Part shown: positions 38,301-51,025 of the stretch, one piece after another
Numbering within the stretch: the stretch's first letter is position 1
How the letters are laid out: each line of letters begins with the position of its first letter
From: Phoronis australis
Lineage: Eukaryota; Animalia; Phoronida
NCBI GenBank assembly: GCA_002633005.1
Contig: NMRA01000051.1
Coordinates: 1,039,298 to 1,103,297, forward strand
DNA length: 64,000 nt
Reading direction: 5' to 3'
Translations under genes and position numbers: made by a program
Notes under the pieces: generated by a model
What the model saw: only the letters and a program-made list of their open reading frames with translations
Database searches by the model: none
What the model was told of the DNA's origin: nothing

Positions 38301-41300
38301 ACAAATAGAGATTTTGGCCGCCATCTTGAATTTCATATCAAATGCTGAGGATATACGAATTTCAATCACACCAATGAGTTTCTCACCCATTAAAACCATA
38401 GACAAGAACCAAATGTCTCCATCAAAATTATTGAAGAAGACAAGTTATATCTGTTTTTAGTGATTTCGAAACGTCGTGGCGGCCATCTCGGAAATGACGC
38501 AGCTTTAACCCATTCCCTGTGGTCAGATTTTGGTAGACGTTTATTCTGTTCATAAGTATACTAAGTAAAGCATTAAACCACTCTAAAACCTTTTGTTGCA
38601 ACAGTCAGTTCATATTTGCACGCTAATCAGCGAAGGCGCACATGGAGGAAACAGAAGAACACTTAATAAATACGTATTGTATACAGTTACCATCGTTTCT
38701 AGGTGACATTTTTATGTTCTGGCGGAAAATCGAAACTTACACACAGAATAACAGACCATGAGAAGAATAATTAAACAATAAGGAAGAGAACTGAAATTAT
38801 AGTGTTCACAATGTGATTGACATCTTCGTCGTAATTTCTCAAGGCAAGGAAACTGACATTTATGAATTTATATAAATGCATCTATTTCTCTCAATTATGT
38901 TCCAAAAAGCTATGCATTGCTTTCATGTAGCTGTTCAGCCCAAATTTTACTTCGTTCCAGCATGTGTGAATATTGATGGCAACCCCACGGTACAAAGCTC
39001 TATTTATAGAGGTAGAGACGCTGATAACTTTTCCAGTTTCCTCGTTAAAAATAATTAACTGTCATTAGACGTGACTCAAAAATTGAAGCGTGAAAAAGTA
39101 AAGAACAACGTTGAAAAAATGATTTTCCAAAAAGACTGTTTTAAAATCCCTTTTCTAAAAAATATTACCACGGTTCTCGAAAAGTTTCTATGGTCTAGTC
39201 CAAGAATTATTGAGATTTGACAAATACGCAATGCCGTCATGATTTCAATTTCACACCCAAAAGATATCATTAAGCTAAATAAACACTTTGACGCGGATTT
39301 TGAAGTTCATTCGTATTAGATGTCCAATTGTGTGCATGGAAAATTGATTAACACATGGCTGAGAAATAAACCCCCAGCGAATTGCCACCGCTGTGAAATT
39401 ATGAAATGAGATCACGTAAACACGTTTGAAGTTTTGCAGTCATCGCGTGTTATTTTTGGTCAACGTTCAATAAAACCAGTGTAGTTACAGTTTCAGTTTT
39501 TCTAAATGTAGTATAAAGATATAAGAGATCGAACTGTCATGCCAAAAATTGTAGGATGACACTTGATTTACCTCAAAATCCAACTGTTGCCTGGTGGTTT
39601 GGTAATTGGGCCAATTATGTCGCACACACAGCAGAATTAATGAGGAACATATTATTGCAACATTGAACGTACGTTTTAGGTTGTAAAAGTCACATTTCTT
39701 GTCCAATTTTCAAAAGATCTAATCAAATGTGCTTTTCATAAACTAATCAAATACACTATTTACAAACTTCTAAAACGAAAATTGATACTACTATTGTCTC
39801 CCCTCCCACGTGCATATGGGTCCCATATTTAAAAGCAAAATGGGACCTCGTGGAAGGTACCGCGAATTTCTGAAAGAGTCCATCAACATGAAGCGTCCAT
39901 TGGGGTCTTTCGGAAATAAACACTGTTGATCGGTTTGCATTTCTGGAACCAGACAAATGTATGGAGAATGTGGAAAATGTCATTATTTTCTCAGCTTTAG
40001 TCCGTAAAAGACCATTAAAATGTGATAAGGTAATCGATGACTTGTAAGCGGAGGCGTCCACGGAATACATTGGCGACGAGATGAAACCTGGCAGTGCGTG
40101 TTTCAAGTCAATTCTGAAAGTATAGGCTAGGTAAATAATACAAGTCACATCGAACTTTCTAATCTCAGTTATTGCTGTTGTTCCCTCTGACAACACTTTT
40201 AAAGCTCATTACTGAACGAGTTTCCCTGCGGTAAATACTACTACTTTCGGAATGTGTTCCACCATTTTTTCCGAAAGCGCCCCTGGGAGCTTTTTGTAGA
40301 TACAAAATTATTTCGGATTAAATGTACTTTCCGAAAGAGCCCCAATGTGTTCTTTCCTGGTAGTGCGTCCTTGTGAGAATGTTTAAAGCGTACATGGAGG
40401 AGTAACTTACCCTAGTCTCTTTATTCCACTATCTGTCGATCTTCCACATCGTGACTGATTTCGTCGCGCCGAGCAGATTTAGCTGTACTCCCTGTGGTCG
40501 TAAGCGCTGCCATTTTTTCTGGTATTCTGATAGGAGTCGTAAAGGGGTCACGAACATTTTATCGCACGCCGGAGCACTGCGATTGGAGACCGTCACCCTG
40601 ATAAACGTCCATACCTCAAAAATGACATTTTTGATCTTCAAACTCTTCGGATATGCGTCGAACCCCTCACGACTTATGTTGCGCTGTCTAACATAAATGT
40701 CCTTCAGTTCCAGATGAAACATCGTTTGGACTCTATCCATCTACACCAAGCCCACGTTTTGATGCATCTACCAAAGAGATATTTAACGATTACGCAAAGA
40801 AGACGTTACCTATAACAGCGGTGTACATAAACTCCAATGGGTAACATTCCAATGTTTGAATTCGTAGATACGATACATGTGAATTATCAATTGGGCGGAC
40901 AGCGTTAGGGGGACGATGGGGGCGATGGCATGGTGAGAACCGGGGATAGCAGTGACCTGTTACGTAACGCAAGGCTGCTCAAGGGGGTAATATTGGAAAG
41001 GCCATGTCCTTTGATTGTAATGCATGCTCATATCTCGAGAATACTTGCATGATAACGCCAATGTAAAAGAATTCAGCATAACGCACCTCCACCCAGAATT
41101 GGTGTCAAAATCGACGAACAATTGTAATTGGTTACGATCCGCTGAAGTCTTGACAAAGTCCATACATCTGGAAATTTGATGAATTGGCCGAAGATCTTAA
41201 TTTAAGTTTGGTGTTAAATAAAGGTTCTATGAGAAATTCGGCCTCTTGAAAATGTCTCGAGCTAGTTGGTACATCGTTTTCCATTTTGTTTCAGTATCAA

Positions 41301-41625
41301 AGCTATATACGGCACTGTTGCACAAGTCACTCAAGTTCCTTGGTACGGAGCCAATCCCTACCAAGCGCAACATTGGTACAAATCCTACACTTTGAACGCG
41401 GAAGAATATATAACTGGTGTGACTCTTACTGTCGACGACGTGAATGAGGTCATATGCAAATACGAGTTCCAATCAAATCAAAGATCGACGACAAAACAAG
41501 TCAACCCGAATCAGTGCAGTGGTCAGGTACATGTCACTAGTGGCGGAGGAAAGAGGTTGTGTTACTTGAGCGGGGTCTACATCAACGCAAAAGACCTGGT
41601 GCAACTTGGTCTTCACTATTGTTGA
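35343..41625 (+). CDS. Secreted PAN/Apple + jacalin-like lectin protein (exons 35343-35673, 40708-40840, 41295-41625)
   Basis: Exon 1: signal-like leader and PAN pattern (SPIECANHC...CKSVSF...CHLH...GWTYYE), donor G|GTGAGT. Exon 2: FNDYAKKTLPITAVYINSNG, GG|GTAACA. Exon 3: IKAIYG...LNAEEYITGV...FQSNQR...LCYLSG...LGLHY, resembling a beta-prism lectin. Phases 1/2 are consistent; extra exons are possible because of the N gap. Confidence 0.68.
37009..37367. other. (CCCT)n microsatellite followed by an assembly gap (N run 37043-37367)
   Basis: Seen directly in the sequence. Confidence 0.95.
37368..37869. repeat. 30-bp minisatellite (ATAATACACCTATACAACCTGCAGTTGATT)n, ~16-17 visible copies
   Basis: Near-perfect tandem units with occasional 1-bp insertions; truncated by the gap on the left. 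Confidence 0.97.
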
Positions 41626-41877
41626 CCGGTCTTCCACACATTATTTCGAAAAGTGCAATATTTACAAAAGGATTACTTCACACGGAAATTCTTCTTTGGT
41701 AGTGGATCCTGTCAGCGATCACTTTCTACATTTAATTGTTTCCATTGTAAATACTAAACGAATGACGTGTCACCTTAATGAATTCTGAAAATGAAATATT
41801 TTCACCAAGATTCCTTGTGATATTACTCATACAACTTCGGTCATTTTATTTAGTTCTGTTAATCATCATGAACCCCA

Positions 41878-42026
41878 GAAGCGGATCCACAATTTTGAGT
41901 TGGGGGCTGGCAGAGTATTAGCCAGGATTTTCCCCGTCAGACATTCGCACCCCCGAACTGCCAAATGGAATCTGGGAGAAATTTAGGGGGGGCATGGCCA
42001 CCCTGCCCCCACTAAATCCGCCACTT
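41878..42026. mobile_element. Short GC-rich MITE-like repeat (GCGGAT...ATCCGC family)
   Basis: AGCGGATCCA ... TAAATCCGCCACT inverted ends with G/C runs; related ends at ~18298 and ~63214. Confidence 0.4.
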
Positions 42027-42415
42027 GATCCTCCTATATAACTTCATGTATAGATTAATGAAAAATGTTCACAGAGGTTGCTTAACGATGTTGATCAATT
42101 AAGGAAGCAAGACAAAAGGATCAGTCCTTGAATAGAGAATTCAGGAAACAGAAAAGAAATGTGAATGAGAACAGAAGTTGAATCAGAGATTCTCCGGGTT
42201 TTTTGCAGCAAATCCGCAGACATTGGGCATAGTTTGATTTTCACTGACTACTGTGGTTCCTCACAGGAGAAAAGATGGGAAATCATGTTTTGTGCAATAC
42301 GGTGCATCGATTGTCACTAAACCAACCCAATTTTTAATTTCGGGGTCAAGGTCACGGTCAAACCGGCATGGACGGCTAAAAATCTCTCCGCAAAAGCAGA
42401 GCCGTTTTGAATGTT

Positions 42416-43120
42416 ATGCCGCCAAAACCATATCCGTACACGCTTAGAAAGGACTCTGTGAGTACTACTGACGAGATGTCTGAAGAAATTAAGGAAATAA
42501 TCTTGCGAGTTGAGGCTAGTTTGAGTGCGAAAATTGACGGTGTCCTAGAGAAGATTGACACCATTCAAACGCAAATGACTGGGTTGAACACTAAAGTGGA
42601 CGATGCACAACAGGAAATTGACAGTCTCAGTGAACAAGTCAAAATGCTGAAAACGCGTGCCCTTGAAGAAGAGACAAGGAACAGGAAATACAACTTGCTA
42701 ATTTATGGCTTGAATGACTCTGACGGGATTAAAGAAGACATACAGTCGAAGGTGAGAGATTTGGTCGTCTCTCTCGGTATAGCCCCAGACTTTGCGCGTA
42801 CATTTCCTATCGTAAACGTTCATCGAATTCCCCGAAAAGTTAAACACGACGAGTCGCCCGACCCAGTGGTGGTCAAATTTATGTCAATTTTTGGCAGGGA
42901 TCGAGTATGGAGAGCAAGTTGGAACAGACAGGTAAGGGATGGAATAGTTTTCCGCACAGATTTGCCAGTAATTTTGAAACAGAAACGAGGAAAGCTAGCT
43001 GCGAGAGCCTACTCCATTCGGAAAGACAAGGGATGGCACACGAGAATTCGAGAGTCAAAGTCTGACGTCTGGCTTGAAGTTCGCGAAAATAAGGAGGCCC
43101 AATGGAACAAACTTGAGTGA
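42416..43120 (+). CDS. LINE ORF1 (coiled coil + L1-type RRM)
   Basis: Heptad-rich N-terminus, RKYNLLIYGL, VHRI...PVVVKF, TDLP motifs typical of L1/Tx1/CR1-type ORF1. Confidence 0.85.
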   Translation: MPPKPYPYTLRKDSVSTTDEMSEEIKEIILRVEASLSAKIDGVLEKIDTIQTQMTGLNTKVDDAQQEIDSLSEQVKMLKTRALEEETRNRKYNLLIYGLNDSDGIKEDIQSKVRDLVVSLGIAPDFARTFPIVNVHRIPRKVKHDESPDPVVVKFMSIFGRDRVWRASWNRQVRDGIVFRTDLPVILKQKRGKLAARAYSIRKDKGWHTRIRESKSDVWLEVRENKEAQWNKLE

Positions 43121-43671
43121 TGGAATCTAGACAAGTGCATCTCGAACAGTGTTTAAAATGATTGTTTTCAGCGTCGTTTTTGTTCTATTTTTTTATACTG
43201 TTACACAGTTCAAGTTAACTCATGCGTAGTGTATATGGGTTTCTCTCGGTGCCCGAGGATTATCATTGTTTCATTTATTGTTTTTCGCGGGCCTTGGGCC
43301 GAGTCTCCGGATTTTATACATATATGTATGTGATGTAGGCCTATATTGGTTTACTTTTCATGCGATACTTGTTGTAACTCCCAGGTCAAGGTGTGCCTTG
43401 TTTATTGAGCGTATACCCAACGTACATGTGACATTTCGAATGCTTTGCATTTGCATAGGCCTGTTGTTTTTCATTCTCTTTTCGCTAAGCCGTGTTCTAT
43501 TACGGTTGCTATAGGTACATGATTACAGGCCCTGCTTGCAGCGGGCTGATCTGTCTTGACTTCATTTGCATATGAGGAACATCGATGAATGTTCATGTAT
43601 AGTTTCTTGTGTGAGTGTGTGCGTGATTGTGTCAGGGGCAGCTATTCAAATTTTCTCTATGTATATTGATC

Positions 43672-46600
43672 ATGGCTAGCGTACGTTTGTTTTCAATGAA
43701 CTGCAGGGGCCTTCAAAGTCTTTCCAAACGCAGAGATGTTTTTAATTTTTTACATAATAAACAATTTTCTATATACTGTTTAAAGGACAGGCACTTTGTA
43801 CCAACCGATGAACCTGTTGTAAAAAGCAATGTGGGGCGGTGATGTGATAATGCGCTGTGGTACAAGTAATTCCCGAGGTGTATGCATACTGTTCAAAAAC
43901 AATTTTGAGTACGAACTAACAGATATTGCAGGTGACGAAGAGGGTAATCTTTTGATCGTAAATCTTATCATTGAAAAATCATTCTCGGTCACATTGATTA
44001 ATATTTACGGTCCCAATAATGACAATCCAATTTTTTATAAGGAGATTCAGCGCCACCTAGATAATTGTGATGGAACGCCTGTTGTTTTATGTGGGGACTG
44101 GAACCTCGTCCAGACTTTTGAATTGGATTGCGTGAATTATGAACGCATTAATAATCTAAACGCCAGACGCGAGGTTCTCGACAAGAGAACAAAACACAAT
44201 CTTATTGACCCCTGGCGTGTTGCCAATCCTTTTTTGAAGTCTTTCACGTGGAGGAAAACTAACCCTATGAAAAAAGCTAGGCTTGATTTTTTTCTAATTT
44301 CGGAAGAGATCCACGGCATGATAGAGTCTACAGGGATAATACCAGGATATCGAAGTGATCATCATGCCATTACTATTGAAATTAAAATTACGGAATTCCA
44401 GCGCGGCCGAGGTCTATGGCGTTTTAACAATTCTTTATTAAAAGACTCTGACTTTGTTAATCGTGTTAAACAAGTTATAGACGAGAGTATTGTGGAATAT
44501 GCCGCTCTACCCTATGACAGGCAAAACGTTCTACATATTCCCAAGGCTGATCTGTGTCTAACCATTGATGATTCTATATTCTTCGAAATGTTGCTATTGA
44601 GGATCAGATCCGAAACTATATTGTATTCTAAAAAGAAACAATCTGAAACACGGAAAAAAGTAAAGTTTCTTGAAAATCAAATATCTTATCTTGTAAAATT
44701 AGCAGACGAATCTACATCTGGCTTATTCGATACTATTTTAGAACAAAAAATGAGGGATTTGGAAGACTGTAGAGATTACATTATGAGAGGACATCAGATC
44801 AGAGCGCGCGCAAGGTGGGTTGAAAATGGCGAAAAACCTTCAAAATATTTTGCCAATTTGGAAAAAAGAAATTATGTTAATAAAAATGTTACTAAATTAG
44901 TTATAGACACTCACAAGAATACTACAATCACCGAGCAAAGTGCACTTCTACATAACATTTGCGATTTTTATAAATCTCTCTATGCATGTAAAGATGATCT
45001 CCTTGATGACGTTAATTTGAACGCTCTGTTCCCGCCGTCACTACATGTTCCACGATTAACCAATGACGATAGTAGGCGTTTAGACGGCGCGATCACAGTG
45101 TCCGAAGCACTCAATGTTATCAAATTGATGAAAAACGATAAGTCCCCTGGCCCTGATGGTTTTAGTGTGGAATTCTTTAATTTTTTTTGGAATGATTTAT
45201 CTGTATTTTTGGTTAATTCATTTAATAACAGTTTTGCTCGTGGTTCCATGCCCCCAAGTCAAATTCAGGGCGTGATCACTATTATTCCAAAAGGTAAAAA
45301 GCCGCGTGAATTCTTGAGCAATTGGCGCCCTATTTCTCTCTTAAATACAAGTTATAAAGTTTTATCGGGTTGTATTGCACATCGTATTAAAAGCGTCATT
45401 ATCAAAATCATTCATGAAAATAAGAAAGGCTTTATCAAGGGGAAGTTTATTGGTGAAAATATTAGAACCATCTACGAAATTTTAAATTGCTCAGAAGAAT
45501 ATGACATACCCGGTCTGATAGTTCAAATTGACTTTGAGAAAGCCTTCGATTCCATTTCGTGGAAAATGATCTACAAAACCCTATCTTTTTTCAACTTTGG
45601 TAAAAACCTCATTGATTGGGTGCGCTTACTAAATTCAAACGCTACACTTTGTGTGATCCAGCACGGCATAGCTTCAGAATACTTCAAAATTGGTCGCGGA
45701 TGTTATCAAGGTGATCCTGTGTCCCCCTATCTTTTTATCATTTGTGTTGAAATAATGGCCATCATGTTTCGTGAAAATAAAAATATAAAAGGTATTGTCA
45801 ACGACCTTAAGCTTCTGCAATATGGAGATGACACGGTTTTGTTTTTAGATGGTACAACGGAATCCTTAAAATACTCGCTTGATCTCCTGGACCAATTTCA
45901 CAAATTCTCTGGTCTGAGACCAAATGTAGAAAAAACTCATTGTATTTGGATAGGTCGGATGAGGGGAAGTGAATTGCGCTTGTGTCCAGAATTAAATTTA
46001 TCTTGGCAAAAACAAAAATTCTCTATTCTGGGAGTCACATTTAGCACAAATTTATCAGACTTAAATTACAATGTCAAAATACAAGAGATTTACAGAGATT
46101 TGACGTGTTGGTCCAGGAGATCGCTCACTACGCTAGGAAAAATAACCGTAGTTAAATCGTTTGTTTTGCCTAAATTAACGCACCTCCTGTTGTCATTACC
46201 TTCTCCATCAGACAAAGTTGTTGACTCTTTAGAAAAACATTTTTTAAAATTTATTTGGCAAAACAAAAATGACAGGATAGCTAGAAATATTATGATCTAA
46301 GATTTTTCCAACGGAGGCTGTAAAATGGTCCATTTAAAAAGTTATATTAAGTCGTTAAAATTTACATGGTTCGTGAGACTTGTGATGGCCAATCAATCTT
46401 CCTGGAAATTGATTGTCATGAAAAACCGCTTTTTAGCTGGAAAAAACCTTCTTCATGTTGGGGCCAAATTTTATAGTCAATGCCCGGGAATTTTTAAGAA
46501 TGTCATTTGGAAAGAAGTATTTTTAGTTGTTGGGGAAGTACTCTCTAGTATCTCAGATTATCACATTAAAGAGGAATTTTATTACGAACCACTCTGGTAT

Positions 46601-47482
46601 AATGAACATATTTTGATTGATAAAAAGTCTGTTTTCTACAATGACTGGTATACAAGAGGGATATTTTTTATCCACGATTTGTTGAACCATAATGGTCGTT
46701 TTATGTCTTACCAGTGTTTTTATGAAAGATACAGGTTTTCTCCATCATTTACATCTTTTTGGGGTATTCGAAGTGCAATTCGTCAAACTATACGTCATTC
46801 TCAAATTAGGCCATGTAGTGAAATCGAGATAACCTTGCCTTTTTGCACAACATTTAATTCCATTCTTATATCGAGACAAAAAGTCAATCAACAAATTTAT
46901 ACCCACTTAATACAAAAACTATATAAGAAACCCAAATTTGAGGAAAATTGGGAAAAACAGTTGAATACCGTAATTCCCCGTGATTGGTGGAGAAATGCTT
47001 ATTCTTATTCTATTAACTTTCCTTGTGATGTCCAGCTTAAATGGTTTCAAATACGTTTAACTCACAGACTACTCGGAACCAATAAGTTTTTGAGTAAGAT
47101 TGGTGTTAGAAATTCAGATAGTTGTACTTTTTGTAATTCTCATTCTGAAGACCTTTTTCACTTCTATTGGTCTTGTTTACGTGTCCAAAGTTTTTGGAAA
47201 ATTGTTGAAAACTGGATAAAAAACCTCTGCGGAATTGATATGAAACTTGATCATTTTGACGTAATTTTTGGCTCCTTTAATGGACCAAAAATCATAAATC
47301 TACTTTTATGTTTAGGCAAGTACCACATACACAAGCAAAGACTTCAGAATGTAGAACCATGTTTTGCACTTTTTAAACATTTTGTTTTTGATTACTACAA
47401 AGTAGAAAAGGTTATGTACTATAACCAGTGCAGGTATCTCGACTTCGAGGAACGATGGGCCCCTTTAGCACCTTTATTTTAA
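43672..47482 (+). pseudogene. LINE ORF2 (AP endonuclease - reverse transcriptase), disrupted
   Basis: SMNCRGL, NIYGPN, GDWN, RLDFF, SDH; KSPGPDG, NWRPISLLN, DFEKAFD, QGDPVSP, YGDD; C-terminal CTFC...HFYWSC. Frameshift near 43825 and TAA at 46298-46300. Confidence 0.9.
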
Positions 47483-48449
47483 TTTATGCTACATACAACC
47501 AATGGCCCCCCCTGTGTATGAATGTGAGCGTGACTGTGTGCGTGAATGTTTGTACTATTTGGCTTTATTGTATTTGCATTACGATAACAATAAAACTTTT
47601 TGAAAAAAAAATTAATTTCGTGTCAAGTCACAAATTCATAAGGGTGACCGAAAAAAAGAGAAAGAGCAAGATCTCACTTGAACGTAAACAAAAAGGCATT
47701 CCATTTATTGATTTTGCAAGCAGCATTTACAACACAACCATAAAAACGTTTTTACCTTCCAACTCATTTCAGAAACAGTAAATAAGGTGAGGGGAAACAA
47801 AAGTATGTGTGCTGATGTACGTCTTACTAATTGTTGAATTGTGTATATTTTCAACAAAACTGATCACGGAATGTGGAAAGATCATTACGTTTCATTCATT
47901 TATTAAAAATTTAACACTTTAAAATCCAAAACGCCATGACTGTAAACACCAAACAGAAGCTGAATAGGATTCATACCCTCACTCACGCACAAAATCATGT
48001 AGTACCTCATTCATCAATTCATAAATTAATTTTTGCTCCAAGTTTTTATTGAAAGCTAACATATTTGATTCTTTATAGGCTAAAATTTTTGCTATATAAT
48101 CCTTGACAAAATACAAAAAAACGTTTTCTACACATCGTTTCCTTAAAAACATTTACTATTCTTATAATTTAAATTGACGGAGTATTATTAGTCAATGAGA
48201 TTTATCTATTTTGGTTTGCACAAGATTTCTTAAAGAAAGATATCATTCAACGGTGACGCGAAACTTTTATCTTTATGTTTTACTTCGCGGGTTCATAATG
48301 CCTATTATTGGTTAGAAATAATGGTACATTGTCATCGAAATCCACACTTTACATTTAGTTATTTATATTGGCCTTGAATTTTGTTTTTATGTTTGTTATA
48401 ATACATGTCTTTCCCTTATTTGCACTGTTGACGTTTCACTGCAATGGAA

Positions 48450-50104
48450 GGCAAGACGGTGTTGTCCTTGTAACGTTTGTAAACTGTCACAACAGTCCCA
48501 GTCCAATGCCCAGTCCCATAAATAGTGTCTGTTGGTCATGCTTGCGTCTGCTCTTATCGCTTGTGTTGGACTCTACTGTCACTGTTGTTGCCATTGTTGT
48601 TGTCATCAATTTCTGCGTCTGCGTACCATCTGCTCTTGTTGTCATCGTCATCTTTTCGAGTGTACCATCTGGTCTTGACATAGCCAACAGTTGCTTGTCA
48701 TCTTTAGTTGATGGTGCCAGTGAAATCAGCGACTAGCGACGACGGTTGTACTAATGGATGTGTTGACGGTAATGATGTCGACGGTGGCAATTTGGAGGTT
48801 CAACTTTGCGTAGACTGTGGTTTGGTTGGACCTGTAATAGTCACGGCAATACACGTTCTTTGATACCTTTTTGAACTGAAGCTTTATTAAAGTAACAGCT
48901 TTGGCTCGCTATCCAAGGCAACAAAAAAAAAAAAAAAAAAAAAAAAACAGCATGGAACCACTAGACAAATGTAACTGGACAGATGTTCACACAGCATTAC
49001 GTCTGAAAACACTAACGGGAAATATGAATCTTCAGTTGACCATTTTCTCTCAACCATCAAAACCCGGCTCCAGCTCTAGCCCCACAACTATAGTTTCCCT
49101 CATCTACTCCTTGAATATCCGTTAGTTCAAGTTCAGCTCTATTTCTCGCTGTCGACGCCTCTGGGTTGGACAAAAATTTCTTGTTTGTCACGATTTTATG
49201 GTTGCAAACAAAATACGTGAAACACGAACCTTGATCCTTCTGTCTGTACCACCGAGGCCTCCTGCTTTAGCTTCACAGCGGTAAGTTCCTGCGTCCACCT
49301 CTTGAATATTCATCAGTTGGAGTTCTGCTCTATTTACTCGTATTGATGCATCAGGGTTGGGCAAAAATTGTCTGTTTGTTATAAGATTCGGATATGTCCA
49401 AGTTGTGATTGGCGTAGGATCGCCTGTCGCTTCACATACCAAAGTTATGTTGACACCTTCATTGACTGTTATTGTCCTGCAAGGAAACGGTTTTATGGCT
49501 GGTGCAGTGCAGTTGAAATCTGCATCATTAGAAGACTCTGTTTTTGGTGTGTGACATGTAAATGGCGATGCTTGTTCAGTTAGCCATTTTATCAGACAGT
49601 TACAGTGCCATGGGTTGCCATCAATGTCCAGTGTAACATTCTTAAGCACTGTTTGTAGCCCCCTATCCGTTAATGATTGAATGGAGTTCTTGCTTATTGT
49701 CAGGTTGGACAAACTAATTAATCCTCGGAAAGTTCCCGAGGACACCATCTTCAGGGCATTTCCGCTGAGGTCCAGCCATCGAAGTCTTGTCATTTCTGAA
49801 AAGGTTCCATCGGCAACTTTTGTGATCTGGCTGTTGATGATTCTAAGCCGTTTAACCATCTTCATGTTGGAGAAGTCGGACCTACTCAGCGTTTTCTGAT
49901 TTATAGGAGTACAATTGCCACTTCTGTGATGTTTTCTGTATGAAAGGTTGATATGTCATTCATGGTGTTCATGATACACGCTATGGTGCTGTTGGCACAG
50001 CTGCACTGTGGGGGGCACTTCTGTGCCATCTCGCAGTTCTGGAGTGCCACGACAATGCGGATTATCACCTGTATGAGAACCAACCTGCTTCGAACGACTT
50101 CCAT
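48450..50104 (-). pseudogene. LRR-Ig receptor pseudogene (paralog C), near-identical to paralog A over the LRR-Ig region
   Basis: 49219-50060 aligns almost base for base with 2699-3540. It has a 2-bp insertion at ~49903 (frameshift), a lost splice donor, a second decayed Ig half at ~49020-49200, and a stalk exon with TGA plus a deletion removing most of the TM. Confidence 0.88.
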
Positions 50105-50530
50105 GATCTCCGTCTTCCACGTTAGAGGATAGCTGGCAGCATATTGAGACATTGCTGGCTGGGTGTAAATTTCTAAGTAAGTTTAATCCCGAAACTAATC
50201 CTTCCAAAATTGGATATCTACGTTGACTTGTCAAGGTGGCTAATTCTCCTGAGCGTGCGTAGAATATACGATATACCTGTAAGGGACCCATTTTCTCTGT
50301 GCCCACGTGATACTCTAGGGTAAAGCTTCGTTATCGGAAGGAAATGTCAATATATATTGTTTAATCCAAAGTTAGAATTGGAAAAAAATAATTTGTAAAT
50401 TTAGGTTTGATCTTGTATCTTTTGTTTTGCCACATCTGTGAATGAACATGAGTGGGTGAAATCTACATGTGCACAGTTTCAGTTTAATAAACACTACGTA
50501 AATACTGTGACTATAATCACTGTTACTATA

Positions 50531-50557
50531 AGCTAGGAACCAATATGGTTCCTAGCT
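50531..50557. repeat. Perfect 11-bp hairpin AGCTAGGAACC-n5-GGTTCCTAGCT, possibly a Helitron/Helentron terminus
   Basis: Seen directly; the terminus role is inference. Confidence 0.5.
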
Positions 50558-51025
50558 ATAAGCAATTGGTCCTAAAATGTCATAGATAAGTGTGACACCA
50601 TAGACTATAGCACGTGTTGTCAAATTGTTAACGCAACGTTTTTCTATAAGATTTTAATCAATAATATTCCACATTGCGTAACAACTAATTGAAAAACAGG
50701 CTACCGCAAATGTAAAGTATTGCGTAAAGCAATTTGTGTAATCCTGTAACCGTGACGTAATTTGAAAAAAGGACATAGATTAGCACAAAACGCTTATTGC
50801 AGTTGTATTAAAATTTTGAGTTATATGGGGGGTGACTCGGATTGTTTCAAAACCACTCATAATGCCCGTCATTATCTTTGTTGCCTAGTTTTGGCTACGG
50901 GTCTAATCCTCGAGTACACCCAACAAGCAGATGTGTAGATAGTTTGAAGGGCCCAACAGAGACGTTTCCATAAACAACTCCATACGCAAGCGCTCAGGTG
51001 TTTTTATTTCTCTGATAAAATGAAA

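Larger units (their letters stand above)
42343..47611 (+). mobile_element. Full-length L1/Tx1-clade non-LTR retrotransposon (inactivated)
   Basis: ORF1 + ORF2 (APE-RT-Cys-rich), AATAAA at 47589-47594, A-tail 47603-47611, TSD TTAATTTCG at 42334-42342 and 47612-47620. Confidence 0.92.

Noticed and set aside
38961-38989. Possible 29-nt lectin-gene exon (ACVNIDGNPT)
   Set aside because: It ends in phase 0 while the next supported exon needs phase 1; unsupported without another exon.
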